A DNA stretch of 62,305 bases, filler included. It is 9 parts of 9 records of this genome, joined end to end, with 100 filler letters (N's around TTAATTAATTAA, not from the genome) between each part and the next. Parts side by side here need not be neighbours in the genome. Positions count along the whole stretch, not along the records: positions 6,570 to 11,887 come from SRR31147125_12969; positions 11,988 to 19,374 come from SRR31147125_12985; 7 more parts are not named here. One strand, 5' to 3'. How positions within the stretch are numbered: position 1 is the first letter of the stretch; the number at the start of each line of letters is the position of its first letter. The position numbers and the translations under genes were made by a program. The notes below the pieces were generated by a model. The model was not told where the DNA came from. It did no database searches and saw only the letters and a program-made list of their open reading frames with translations. Below, piece by piece: positions 9,693-18,970 of the stretch.

Positions 9693-10382
9693 TTACATCA
9701 TATCACTTACATCTTTATCAACATTATCAGGTAACAAGACACCTTTCGGTGTCTCCCCTAGAGATGACTGTGATATAGAACGCATACTTTTACTTAGCCA
9801 GTTAAAAAATCCTGAAAAATCATATCCTTTAAGCTTTAAAACTCTTTTTCCTGATAATTGATGTAAAATTTCTGAATAATATCCATCTACACCTAAAGAC
9901 CAAAAAGCTAATTTACCCTTTTCAGCAAGGGCACTAACTTCGGGAGCTATTCCATCAACATTCGCACCACCATCGGATATCATTACAATCCACGGTTTAT
10001 AAGGAACTGTTTCTGTCGTATTTTTGTAAAAATCAACTCGTTCGTTAACCATATCTAATGCAACTCTAACTGCTTCTTCCATATTGGTACCACCTGTCGC
10101 TTCTAAGCTAATAGGCTCCATATGTTCTACCGGTACAAATTCCTGCTCTACGTTTACTGTTGTATTAAAAGATACTATAGCTACATCTAAAATGTCTCTT
10201 GTAGTTTTATCTTCACAAACTTCTAATTTAAACCTGTTTATGCCATCATTTAACTCTTTGATTGGTTCTCCAGCCATTGATCCTGAGTTGTCTAATAAAA
10301 ATAAACATGCCATGTGATGTTCATTTGAATTAATAATAGTTGGCACTTCCTCGTTGTTGAAACGTTTTTGTCTTAATCCCAT
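9693..10382 (-). CDS. TerY-like vWA domain protein
   Basis: MIDAS LLDNSGSM, GGT, YKPWIVMISDG. Start reassigned to ATG 10382 (GGAG RBS at 10391-10394). Confidence 0.9.
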   Translation of the reverse strand: MGLRQKRFNNEEVPTIINSNEHHMACLFLLDNSGSMAGEPIKELNDGINRFKLEVCEDKTTRDILDVAIVSFNTTVNVEQEFVPVEHMEPISLEATGGTNMEEAVRVALDMVNERVDFYKNTTETVPYKPWIVMISDGGANVDGIAPEVSALAEKGKLAFWSLGVDGYYSEILHQLSGKRVLKLKGYDFSGFFNWLSKSMRSISQSSLGETPKGVLLPDNVDKDVSDMM

Positions 10383-10505
10383 TTTAAGTTCTCCTTTATT
10401 TTGTTTTTTATGATAAATATTGCTAATCAATCACTAGAATTAATTAGCGATATCTTTACTTACATAATTATGAAACCTAATATAATTGCAGATCATCTTA
10501 TTAAC

Positions 10506-11133
10506 CTAATCAAGCCCTATATAAACGCCAAAGCCCATTTCTCTTAAAAAGTAGGTTGCATCAAAGTCTTTAAAATTCAAAACTCTTTTCCCAAAAAGTT
10601 TTTTTAACTTTCTGAATTATAATTACCTATAATTAATACCCTATAGTCAATTTGTCTTTTTGGGACAAGAGTGTTAAATATAGCTATTAGACCTTTAACT
10701 TTCGATTCAGCATCAGTAACTATAATAATCCAAGGTTTATAGTGCATTACTCCTATATTTTGATAAAACATTCTGCGATTTTTAACCATAGTTAATAAAA
10801 CTTCAATTACTTCTGATATATTAGGATTACCTATTGCAACTAAGTTAATTGACTTCATATATTCTACTGGTATAAATTCCTGCTCAACTTTTATCGCTTC
10901 ATTAAATGACACTACAGCTACATCGATAACGTCTTTTAAAATTTTGTCTTGCATATATCTGCTTTGATTTGTCTTACGCCATTATTCAATTCTCGAATTT
11001 TTTCGCCCGACATAGTTTCTGAATTATCTAATACAAATAAACAAGCCAAATGAGGCTCATGCCAATTAATAATAGTAGGAATATCTTCGTTTGACATATC
11101 AGTATTTTTGAATAAATTTCGTCTTAACCCCAT
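10506..11133 (-). CDS. Second TerY-like vWA paralog, degenerate MIDAS, two apparent frameshifts
   Basis: ORFs 10936-11133 and 10604-10954 plus tail KLKKLFGKRVLNFKDFD align end-to-end with the downstream vWA. DNSETM replaces DNSGSM and GNPNI replaces GGTNM. Confidence 0.75.
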
Positions 11134-11173
11134 TCTAAAGCCTCCTTTACCATATCTTTACTTTTATATAATT

Positions 11174-11580
11174 AGGGTAATATCAACCCTATAACTTCAT
11201 TATTCTCACAAGCTTCCAAACATTGACTTCTTAATGTTAAAGCTGTTTTCATATCTAAATCGCCAGTATCATTTAAAGTTATTTCTCTTCTTTACCTAGC
11301 GTATATATACAACTTCACATAGAAACAATACCACAGCAATCATCCATAGGGATTGCGTCAAAGTCAGGCATTTTGCTCAAATTCATTTTCATCATATCTT
11401 TTGCGTACTCAAGCATTTTATCTTTTCCAAATGAGCATTCCTCTTCACTCATTGCGATTAACGTATTTTCAGATATTAATGCTAAAGCACTTTCGCCTTG
11501 TGTATAATACAAGAACTTGTCTATAGCGAATTTCTCTCTATTATTTAATTCTCTATCAATTAGTTTTATAATTTCTACAA
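11174..11580 (-). pseudogene. Small hypothetical gene, interrupted
   Basis: AGGAGG RBS, then EIIKLIDRE...CCGIVSM, in-frame TGA, SCIYTLGKEE and, after a shift, ITLNDTGDLDMKTALTLRSQCLEACENNEVIGLILP*. Confidence 0.45.
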
Positions 11581-11598
11581 AATCCTCCTGTAAAAGTG

Positions 11599-11887
11599 TT
11601 AATAAATTGACTTCATTTTATCTTTATCATTAAGAATATCTTCTAAAATACCTTTCTTGCTCAAACTCACAAACAAAGCTGCCCTCGCCTGACAATTGAT
11701 AGAGTGATTATGATTAAACTCTATATCTGTAAAAGCATTATATTTCAATATTTCTTGCGATAGCTGCTTATCTCTAGCTAAACTCTTCATGTAAAGCCAA
11801 TCATAGAACATTGTTTGCGGATAAAGCTCCCACATAAAATCATCGTAATAAAACCCTTTTAGCATTCCTGAATTTTTAAGTCTATCA
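11599..11887 (-). CDS. DarT1-associated NADAR antitoxin-like protein (DarG1-type), 5' truncated
   Basis: DRLKNSG.L.GF...W.L.P.T.FYDWLY..L...AFTDIEFN...SINCQARA..FVSL signature. Confidence 0.75.
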
Positions 11888-11987
11888 NNNNNNNNNNNNN
11901 NNNNNNNNNNNNNNNNNNNNNNNNNNNNNNNTTAATTAATTAANNNNNNNNNNNNNNNNNNNNNNNNNNNNNNNNNNNNNNNNNNNN
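11888..11987. other. Artificial contig spacer
   Basis: 44 N + TTAATTAATTAA + 44 N. Confidence 0.98.
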
Positions 11988-12601
11988 AAAAAAAGTATCG
12001 TTGCTACAATTAACATGGGCAATAGGAGTGAAACAAATTCAACCGGGATTAAAACCATTCGGTTCCACAAGCTAAATTGAATCTGCCGCATCTCCGCTGT
12101 TGCCTGATGATTCTTCAAGTATTGTGGCAGATCTTTAGCCCGAACAGGACCATATTCCACTTTGAATCCTGTCTGTTTTTTTACCTCATGCGCTGCTACT
12201 CCGGTTGCGCCTAATTGAGGCACGATTAGCTTTCTGTGATTGACAACATTTTGCAGTTTGGAGGTTTTGATACGGCTTACCAACTCTTCTGTGCCAAATG
12301 TGCCTTTACCCGCCGCACACCAGACATTGATACCATTTGTATCCAAAACCAAAATATAACTATTCATTCCGGATATAACAGAACGTAGCGCATCGAAACT
12401 TGGTGAATAGTTGGCAGTGACAAAAACAGGGGAATCAGGTGCAGGATTACCAAGTGCATAGAGCCCTGGATTGACCCGGTGCCCGTTTCGGTTAATGCCC
12501 CAACGCGCCATAAAATGATGAGTGCGATCCACCAGCGATATATTGCTTGTCGTCCGTTGGATAGGCAACGATGTAGGAGGAGTTACTGCGTTTGGAATCA
12601 T
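11988..12601 (-). CDS. hgcA: Mercury methylation corrinoid protein HgcA (3' truncated in the TM region)
   Basis: Cap-helix motif NVWCAAGKGTFG (12305-12328), PGLYALGNP..SPVFVTANY, PQLGATGVAAHEV, YGPVRA.DL, start of first TM helix. ATG 12601 follows a GGAG RBS. Confidence 0.95.
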
Positions 12602-12633
12602 TGTTATCTCCAATTATTAAATAAAAATAATAG

Positions 12634-12864
12634 CTAATATAGATCTTTGACAACAGGTTCCATGATATCTTTAACCATTGATGTGAGCTGATCGGCTTTG
12701 ATCAGGGAGATACAGCATGTTTCGCCATCTTTGTTCCAGGTAATCAGCGCAAGTTTATCGCCTGCTTTAATGTTTGCTTTTTCCCGGATCTCTTTAGGAA
12801 GGACCATTTGACCTCTTTCATCTATATTGAGTACCGCTTCAACCTGGCAGCAGTTTTTAGTCAT
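12634..12864 (-). CDS. hgcC: HgcAB-associated AbrB/MazE/SpoVT-fold protein (HgcC-like)
   Basis: IDERGQMVLPKEIREKANIKAGDKL swapped-hairpin motif, two Cys-Cys pairs, 32 bp upstream of hgcA and co-oriented. Confidence 0.8.
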   Translation of the reverse strand: MTKNCCQVEAVLNIDERGQMVLPKEIREKANIKAGDKLALITWNKDGETCCISLIKADQLTSMVKDIMEPVVKDLY

Positions 12865-12935
12865 TTTTTATCCCCTGGTTAAATGGATTGGTTTACTGCT
12901 TTTTTACATTTATTAACGATGGATTTATTTAAAAG

Positions 12936-12962
12936 TTTCAGAATATTCTGAAAATTCTGAAA
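12936..12962. promoter_or_regulatory. Candidate operator upstream of hgcC-hgcA
   Basis: Perfect palindrome TTTCAGAATATTCTGAAA (12936-12953) followed immediately by a third half-site ATTCTGAAA (12954-12962). Confidence 0.6.
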
Positions 12963-13550
12963 TAGTTGAAAATTTTGTATTATTCTTATTCACAAATGCC
13001 TTGGAATGAGTCCAATAATCATTTAATGGATGCGGACAGGAGAGAATAGTCAGATTATCGGACCATGTAATCCCGCCAAATAGGAGCTAATTCGGCTACG
13101 ATTTATATTTAATTCTGATTTTTTTCATTTCTATACATAATATCTTTGCTTTTAAGTGGCCAAGTCCTTTTATTAATAGACAGGAGGTATTGTCGTTCAC
13201 AATTTTGATATTTATTCTGTTGGTTTATAGGCTTTTTAATTATATCTGAATGCACATAAACCATGGATAGCCGTGATTATCACGAATTCTAAAAATTGTA
13301 AAGCATTGTCCTTATATTTTTCTATGAATATATTCAGTACGCAGAAATTTTTCAGACACCATACGATATTATTTTATGATCGGTTTTTATAAGAACGGTG
13401 TTACCCCATTCAAGCGTTTCTACTTTATTATTAACACAAAACTATACCTTTGAAGAGGATGGAATGTCAATAATTTCTCTTTAGATAGAACAGATAATAG
13501 GCTGACCTTTTAATTCATCATTCCCAATTTATATACTAATAGAATCCATT

Positions 13551-15062
13551 ATGAAAATGCAATTAAAAAATAATCTGGTCGTGTTTCTCCTTAGTTTTTG
13601 TGCTCTTTTATTTGACTGCGATTTCAGGAAATCCCAAAATGGTCAAGAAACGAAAAAAGTACTGGAAACAGCAGGTGATTTAACCGGTCCATGGGTTTTA
13701 ATGGTGGATGATGTGGCCATTGCCAGCAAAGAACAGGTGATCCGTACTTATCATCCGTTTATAAAGTATGAGTCTAATCCTGTCCTGGTGGCTGACCAAC
13801 CATGGGAAGGTGATTCTGCGTATTTGTATGGTACTGTTTTATCAAACGAAAATGGGATGGGATACCGGATGTGGTACCATACCTATCATCCGGATAAACC
13901 ATTTGGCGGCAAACGTGGTTACGGCAATTGTTATGCAGTCAGTGAGGATGGTATTCACTGGCAGAAACCGAATCTGGGTATTTATGAATTTGAGAATTCA
14001 ACGAATAATAACATGTTTTTGACCCGTCGTCGCAGTCCGGGTGATGATCATCACCCGCAGGTTATTTACACGCCCTGGGAAACAGACCCACAAAAACGTT
14101 ATAAACTGCTTACTTTTGCCTATTATGATGGATATTGGGCATCCACTTCTCCGGATGGAATCCATTGGACAGATGTAAAAAAGAATCCGGTTCTTAAAGA
14201 CCCGGGCGATGTGGCTAATTTTAACTGGGATTCGCATCAAAAAAGATACATTGGCTATCCAAAAATCTGGGTAAACAATGTGCGCGGATTTAAAAGGCGT
14301 TGTGTGGGATTTACAGAGACCACGGATTTTGAACAATGGCCTGCCTCAAAACTCGTTCTGCAGCCGGATGAATATGACGACCGCTGGGTTCAACACCCGC
14401 AGGCGCATACGGATTTTTATGGTATGAGTGCATTTCCATACGAATCCATGTATATTGGTTTTTTGTGGATTTATCGGATCGCTCCGGATAATAATCGTAT
14501 CCATGTGGAGCTTGTCAGCAGTCACGATGGCGTAAACTGGATCCGGCAGGAAAAACCGCGTCAAGCCATTCTGGAATTAGGCAAGCCAGGTCAATGGGAT
14601 GCCGGCATGCTGTTCACTCCCAATTTTCCTTTGCTTGAAGAAAACCGCATTCGCCTCTATTATGGCGGTGCGGACAAAGATCATGAGGCAAAGGGCGCTA
14701 AATTGTCTATTGGATTAGCCACATTACGCAAGGATGGATTTGCTTCCCTTAATGCGGCAAATACAACCGGTGTTGTCACAACGCATTTGTTTAAAGGTGC
14801 GCATGGATCCTTACAGGTAAACGCCGATGCGGATTCCGGTTTTATAAAAGCTGAGGTGCTGGATGAAAATGGAAATGTAATTAAAGGATACAGCCGGGAG
14901 GAGTGCCAGCCAATGATAACCGATAATGTAAATCACACCTTAAAATGGCGTAACAAGATCACATTACCGGATCGACCTAAAGGAATTTCTCTTCGTTTTA
15001 TATTACAAAATGCTTCACTTTATTCATTTCGGGCAGGGGAAGATATAACATTTATCCAATAA
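13551..15062 (+). CDS. Secreted beta-propeller glycosidase-like protein (GH32/43/130-like fold), possible lipoprotein
   Basis: Signal peptide; NPVL..D.PWE; three S.DG..W repeats; GQWDAGM; LRKDGFASL C-terminal domain. Confidence 0.7.
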   Translation: MKMQLKNNLVVFLLSFCALLFDCDFRKSQNGQETKKVLETAGDLTGPWVLMVDDVAIASKEQVIRTYHPFIKYESNPVLVADQPWEGDSAYLYGTVLSNENGMGYRMWYHTYHPDKPFGGKRGYGNCYAVSEDGIHWQKPNLGIYEFENSTNNNMFLTRRRSPGDDHHPQVIYTPWETDPQKRYKLLTFAYYDGYWASTSPDGIHWTDVKKNPVLKDPGDVANFNWDSHQKRYIGYPKIWVNNVRGFKRRCVGFTETTDFEQWPASKLVLQPDEYDDRWVQHPQAHTDFYGMSAFPYESMYIGFLWIYRIAPDNNRIHVELVSSHDGVNWIRQEKPRQAILELGKPGQWDAGMLFTPNFPLLEENRIRLYYGGADKDHEAKGAKLSIGLATLRKDGFASLNAANTTGVVTTHLFKGAHGSLQVNADADSGFIKAEVLDENGNVIKGYSREECQPMITDNVNHTLKWRNKITLPDRPKGISLRFILQNASLYSFRAGEDITFIQ

Positions 15063-15230
15063 GAGCATTTCTTTTTTGAGATATCTTTCGGTTTTTGGGT
15101 TGATAAAGAGTGGAGAGCAGGTTCCATAAGCGTCGTATATCTGTGTGTCTGGTTTACTATACAGTTTTTATACGTTGTTCTTTAGATCGAATTGTTTTAT
15201 TACTGATTTGTTAAAAAAAGGAATGTACAG

Positions 15231-17267
15231 ATGAAGTTTAAAATGGCATTGCTACTGGTTGTTTTTACGATTGCAACATGTTCCAATAATAAAAAGGTTG
15301 AATTAAAAAATAACCATATTTGTCTTGAGCTCGGTACCAATGATAATGGTATCCCGTTTATTTCAAGGGGATATTGGACTGAAACCGGTAAGGTTGTTTT
15401 TAGCAATGCAACGGAATATAAAATAACGGATTGGTTGCCGGTAAACATATCAGCCCAAAACGAGATAGATATAATAGAGAACAATAATCTTTGGAAAATA
15501 CAAAAAGATTCAAAATTTATCAAAGCAACAGCTGCGAAGACACTTGGTCCGATAAAAATTACATGGGTAGTGGAACTGGCAAGAGAAAATTCGTTATTTC
15601 GCAGTTATGTTCAATTATCAAATGAGGGTGAACAGGATGTCCCCATAGAGTGGTTCCCTGTATGGATGGCAAACTGGGATTTTGAGTCGGAAGAGAATAA
15701 TAAACTCAGATATTGGCAGCCTCTGTCCTATGAACCCGGGGAGATGGTTTTAGAGGATAATAACCAGATGGTGCTTCATTCAAAAACATATAGTTCGGAT
15801 AATCATGACCAAACCGGCCAGGTACCTTTTTGGAAAATAGATAAAAAAAACGGTCCAATGTATTTCAGCCTGGCCTGGTGTGGAGGCTGGCAGGCTGAAA
15901 TTGGGAAAGGTGAAAAGGGAACAAAATTCAAGGTGATCCTGCCTGAGGAAGAAACGCAGCTGATTTTCAAACCCGGTGAAAAAATATCCGGGCCCATGTT
16001 GTACATGTGCCCCGGTAAAGAAACAGATCCTGAGCTGGCGCGTAGCGATTGGCTGCAGCAGAGAGAAGAAATGGCCAGTACGTTATTCAAAAAGCCACAA
16101 AACCAGTATCCTTTTATTTATAATCACTGGTATTCCGTCCGTTTTGATCTCAGCGGACAGTTTATAAAGGATCAGGTAGAAGCCTTGTTACCCTATCAGT
16201 TTGATGCTTTTGTGGTGGATGCCGGGTGGTATAACAGCGTTGGCGACTGGACACCGGATCGCAAAAAATTTAATAAAGGTGAATTTGAAAACGCGCTGAA
16301 ATATGTCAAAGAGAATGGTATTAGCGTCGGCATCTGGAGTTGTCCCTGGTTGCTGGAGGTAAAAGATAATCAGTTTCCGCTGCAAATCGATGAACCGCAT
16401 TTTTACAGAAAGTTCATGAATGCGTACGGGCTGGATCTGGCCGGATATGATTACAACGGGTATTTGTACGATCATATAGACCTCCTGACAAAAGACTATT
16501 ACATGGATTGGTGGAAATATGACCAGGAATTTGTCGGCGAAACCTCGAGACACGGCAAAATGAAGAAAATGCAGGCACTACAGGATGCTTTGACACACGT
16601 TCGCCAGTCCTTTCCTGATTTATACATTGAAGATTGTATGAGTGGTGGCAGAATGATCAATGAATTTACCGATCAGATTTCCCAGATCCACTGGATCCGG
16701 GATGGCAGCCGCAACGGCCTGGCTCATGCTCGATCCAATATTAAGGAAGCCCTGGGTGCCATTCAATTATTAGCCCCCTCCAAGGTCGAGCGCTGGACCA
16801 ACCGGCCTGACGAACTGGATGAAAAGGATAAAGAGTTGATGAAACTGTATTGTCGCAGTGCCATGATCGGGGTATGGGGTGTATCCGCGGATATGGCTAA
16901 AATGTCGGCACGAAAAAAGGAGATTATTTTAAACGAAATAGAAAATTACAAACAGTTAAATGAATTAAAATCATCTTTACTCTATGATGTTATCTATCCG
17001 GAGAAAGATAGCGATATAGCCGGGGTTGTTTTTTATGGTAATGATGGCCACAAAGCAGGTCTCTTGTTATATAGATGGAACAAAAAGGGTGATGTTTTTG
17101 CAAAATTCAAATTCCCCTTTTTAAAAGAAGGGAATTACCGACTCGTTAATTGTGATTCTGTTGAGGAAAAGAATTATTCCAGTGATTTATTGAAACGCGG
17201 TCAGTGTGAATTCGGCCTCAATAAGGGACAACTATCAACAATCTATTTTTTAGAGAAAGAAGATTAG
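15231..17267 (+). CDS. GH36-like alpha-galactosidase, lipoprotein
   Basis: YNHW, FVVDAGWY..VGDW, GIW..P, WWKYDQ (nucleophile position), IEDCMSGGR, WIRD (acid/base position); lipobox-like IATC. Confidence 0.8.
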   Translation: MKFKMALLLVVFTIATCSNNKKVELKNNHICLELGTNDNGIPFISRGYWTETGKVVFSNATEYKITDWLPVNISAQNEIDIIENNNLWKIQKDSKFIKATAAKTLGPIKITWVVELARENSLFRSYVQLSNEGEQDVPIEWFPVWMANWDFESEENNKLRYWQPLSYEPGEMVLEDNNQMVLHSKTYSSDNHDQTGQVPFWKIDKKNGPMYFSLAWCGGWQAEIGKGEKGTKFKVILPEEETQLIFKPGEKISGPMLYMCPGKETDPELARSDWLQQREEMASTLFKKPQNQYPFIYNHWYSVRFDLSGQFIKDQVEALLPYQFDAFVVDAGWYNSVGDWTPDRKKFNKGEFENALKYVKENGISVGIWSCPWLLEVKDNQFPLQIDEPHFYRKFMNAYGLDLAGYDYNGYLYDHIDLLTKDYYMDWWKYDQEFVGETSRHGKMKKMQALQDALTHVRQSFPDLYIEDCMSGGRMINEFTDQISQIHWIRDGSRNGLAHARSNIKEALGAIQLLAPSKVERWTNRPDELDEKDKELMKLYCRSAMIGVWGVSADMAKMSARKKEIILNEIENYKQLNELKSSLLYDVIYPEKDSDIAGVVFYGNDGHKAGLLLYRWNKKGDVFAKFKFPFLKEGNYRLVNCDSVEEKNYSSDLLKRGQCEFGLNKGQLSTIYFLEKED

Positions 17268-17350
17268 ATAAAGCTATTCGTTTAACAAACTAGTCCTGTC
17301 ATTTTATACGGTTACATTGGCCTTAGTGAATAACGAAAAAGGATCTTAAT

Positions 17351-18619
17351 ATGGGTGAGAAAACCAAAATACGAGCATTGTTAAAAGTCATAATAACCTT
17401 GTCACTTTTTTCCGTTTTATTTGTTTTGCTGAATGGATGTGATAAGAATAACCAAACATCTTTGATTTCAGAAATTCAAACCCATACTCTTGTACCAGGC
17501 GACTCCCATTCCGGTTTGTGGCTGGGACCGGGCATGTTTTTTAAACCAGGAAATCCACCACAGGATTTCCATATCTTTTTGAGTGAGACGGATTTTAAAG
17601 GGGGCGATTCTGTACAAAAAAGACGTTACTATACTGTTGATTCACTTCCGGCAAAAGATGAAGACTTGCCAGGATGGTGGAAAAAATGGCAGGAGCAATC
17701 CTTTCCCACGGAATTATCCGCCAAAATCGATGATGCCGGTTATGAGTGGGTACCCAGCTTTAACTGGAAGTATCATAAAAAGAGCGGCAACTGGCTTGGT
17801 ATCGGCCACTTGTTACGGCACAAGAATAAGAAACTATCAAATCATGTTGAACATCTGGCTATAACTTGTTCTGTTTTTAATGCAAATACAAAAACCTTCT
17901 CTGCCTGGAAATCCTTCAAGATCAGCGTAGACGGAGAGGAAAAACCATGTGTGGCATATGGTCAACGGGTCGATTTGGATAATGGAGATATCCTGTTGCC
18001 ATTTTCAATGGTAAATGAATTTACGGGTAAAAATTCCTTGCGCTGGTGTGGCGCTGCTTATTGTTCCTTTGACGGAAAAGAATTGAAACCCGTTAAAGTG
18101 AGTAATGTGTTTACCAATCCGGTTCCGCGTGGATTTGGTGAACCCAGTATGGCTTTTTATAACGGCACCTACTATATGACACTCAGGGCCCAGGATGGAT
18201 TTAGCCATATTGTTACCAGTAAAGATGCCATGAACTGGGGGGAACCGCAACCCTGGTGCTGGGATGACGGTACACCAATAGCCATGAATCAGACCATGAC
18301 CCATTTTATAACCCATTCTGACGGACTGTTTCTGGTGTACACCCGAATAACGCCTGACAATGACAATGTCTTTCGCAACAGGTCGCCGCTTTTTATCGCC
18401 CGCATAGATGCTGAAAAAACATGCCTTGTCCGCGATTCCGAACAGATTATTTTTCCCAATAAAGGATTACCCATAGGGAATTTTAACATTTATGATGTAT
18501 CACCACAGGAAAGCTGGGTCACCGTACCGGAATGGGATCGGACAGGGCGGGATATCCCGTGTGATATTCTTTTGGGGCGGATTGTGTGGGGGAAAAGGAA
18601 CGGGATTATGACTGATTGA
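17351..18619 (+). CDS. Sialidase-like BNR/Asp-box propeller lipoprotein
   Basis: Lipobox LLNGC; NGDILLPF, RGFGEPS, YMTLRA, TSKDAMNW, LFLVYTR, FRNRSPLF. Confidence 0.7.
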   Translation: MGEKTKIRALLKVIITLSLFSVLFVLLNGCDKNNQTSLISEIQTHTLVPGDSHSGLWLGPGMFFKPGNPPQDFHIFLSETDFKGGDSVQKRRYYTVDSLPAKDEDLPGWWKKWQEQSFPTELSAKIDDAGYEWVPSFNWKYHKKSGNWLGIGHLLRHKNKKLSNHVEHLAITCSVFNANTKTFSAWKSFKISVDGEEKPCVAYGQRVDLDNGDILLPFSMVNEFTGKNSLRWCGAAYCSFDGKELKPVKVSNVFTNPVPRGFGEPSMAFYNGTYYMTLRAQDGFSHIVTSKDAMNWGEPQPWCWDDGTPIAMNQTMTHFITHSDGLFLVYTRITPDNDNVFRNRSPLFIARIDAEKTCLVRDSEQIIFPNKGLPIGNFNIYDVSPQESWVTVPEWDRTGRDIPCDILLGRIVWGKRNGIMTD

Positions 18620-18970
18620 AAATGTATTTTTTTAATACCTGACATTCTTTAATATAATAGGCATCGAAAAAATAAAAGTGACGTTTTGGTTTTACTGGAA
18701 TTGTTGAAAGCGTTTTGTGATGATCCTGACTGTTCATGTGGTCGATAAATATTCAAGGCCTGCTTTACTGTTTTACATTCTTTCATTGCTGCATCATTAT
18801 AAAAGTTAACGCTTAATTTTAGGTGGATAATTAATACAATTTTAATTTGCTTAAAAAAAATGTTTTAGTATATTTAATGAATTAATACCACTTTGCAAAA
18901 AGATCTTTTTCGATTAATCCATTCTTGCCATCTATTTCAATCAATTCTCTTATACAACCGGACAAAGTCA

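Noticed and set aside
11315-11317. Selenocysteine or readthrough at the in-frame TGA of the small island gene
   Set aside because: No redox-motif context or evident SECIS hairpin, and the frame breaks again about 11 codons later.
11599-12601. Linkage of hgcA with the NADAR/TerY-P island (metal resistance plus methylation)
   Set aside because: They are separated by an artificial spacer (11888-11987) and lie on different contigs.
12602-12633. Selenocysteine-containing N-terminal extension of HgcA (reported for some HgcA proteins)
   Set aside because: In-frame TAA codons lie immediately upstream of TTG-GAG-ATA-ACA-ATG; there is no TGA and no room for an extension.
13150-13375. Possible IS200/IS605 tnpA relic on the minus strand (NIVWCLK, TIPP, LGHLKAK fragments)
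   Set aside because: Fragments are in different frames, spacing is inconsistent and there is no HUH motif; cannot be supported without a translated search.
18703-18718. cre/LacI-like site TGAAAGCGTTTT upstream of the sensor gene
   Set aside because: Only a partial palindrome, single copy, and no cognate regulator in view.
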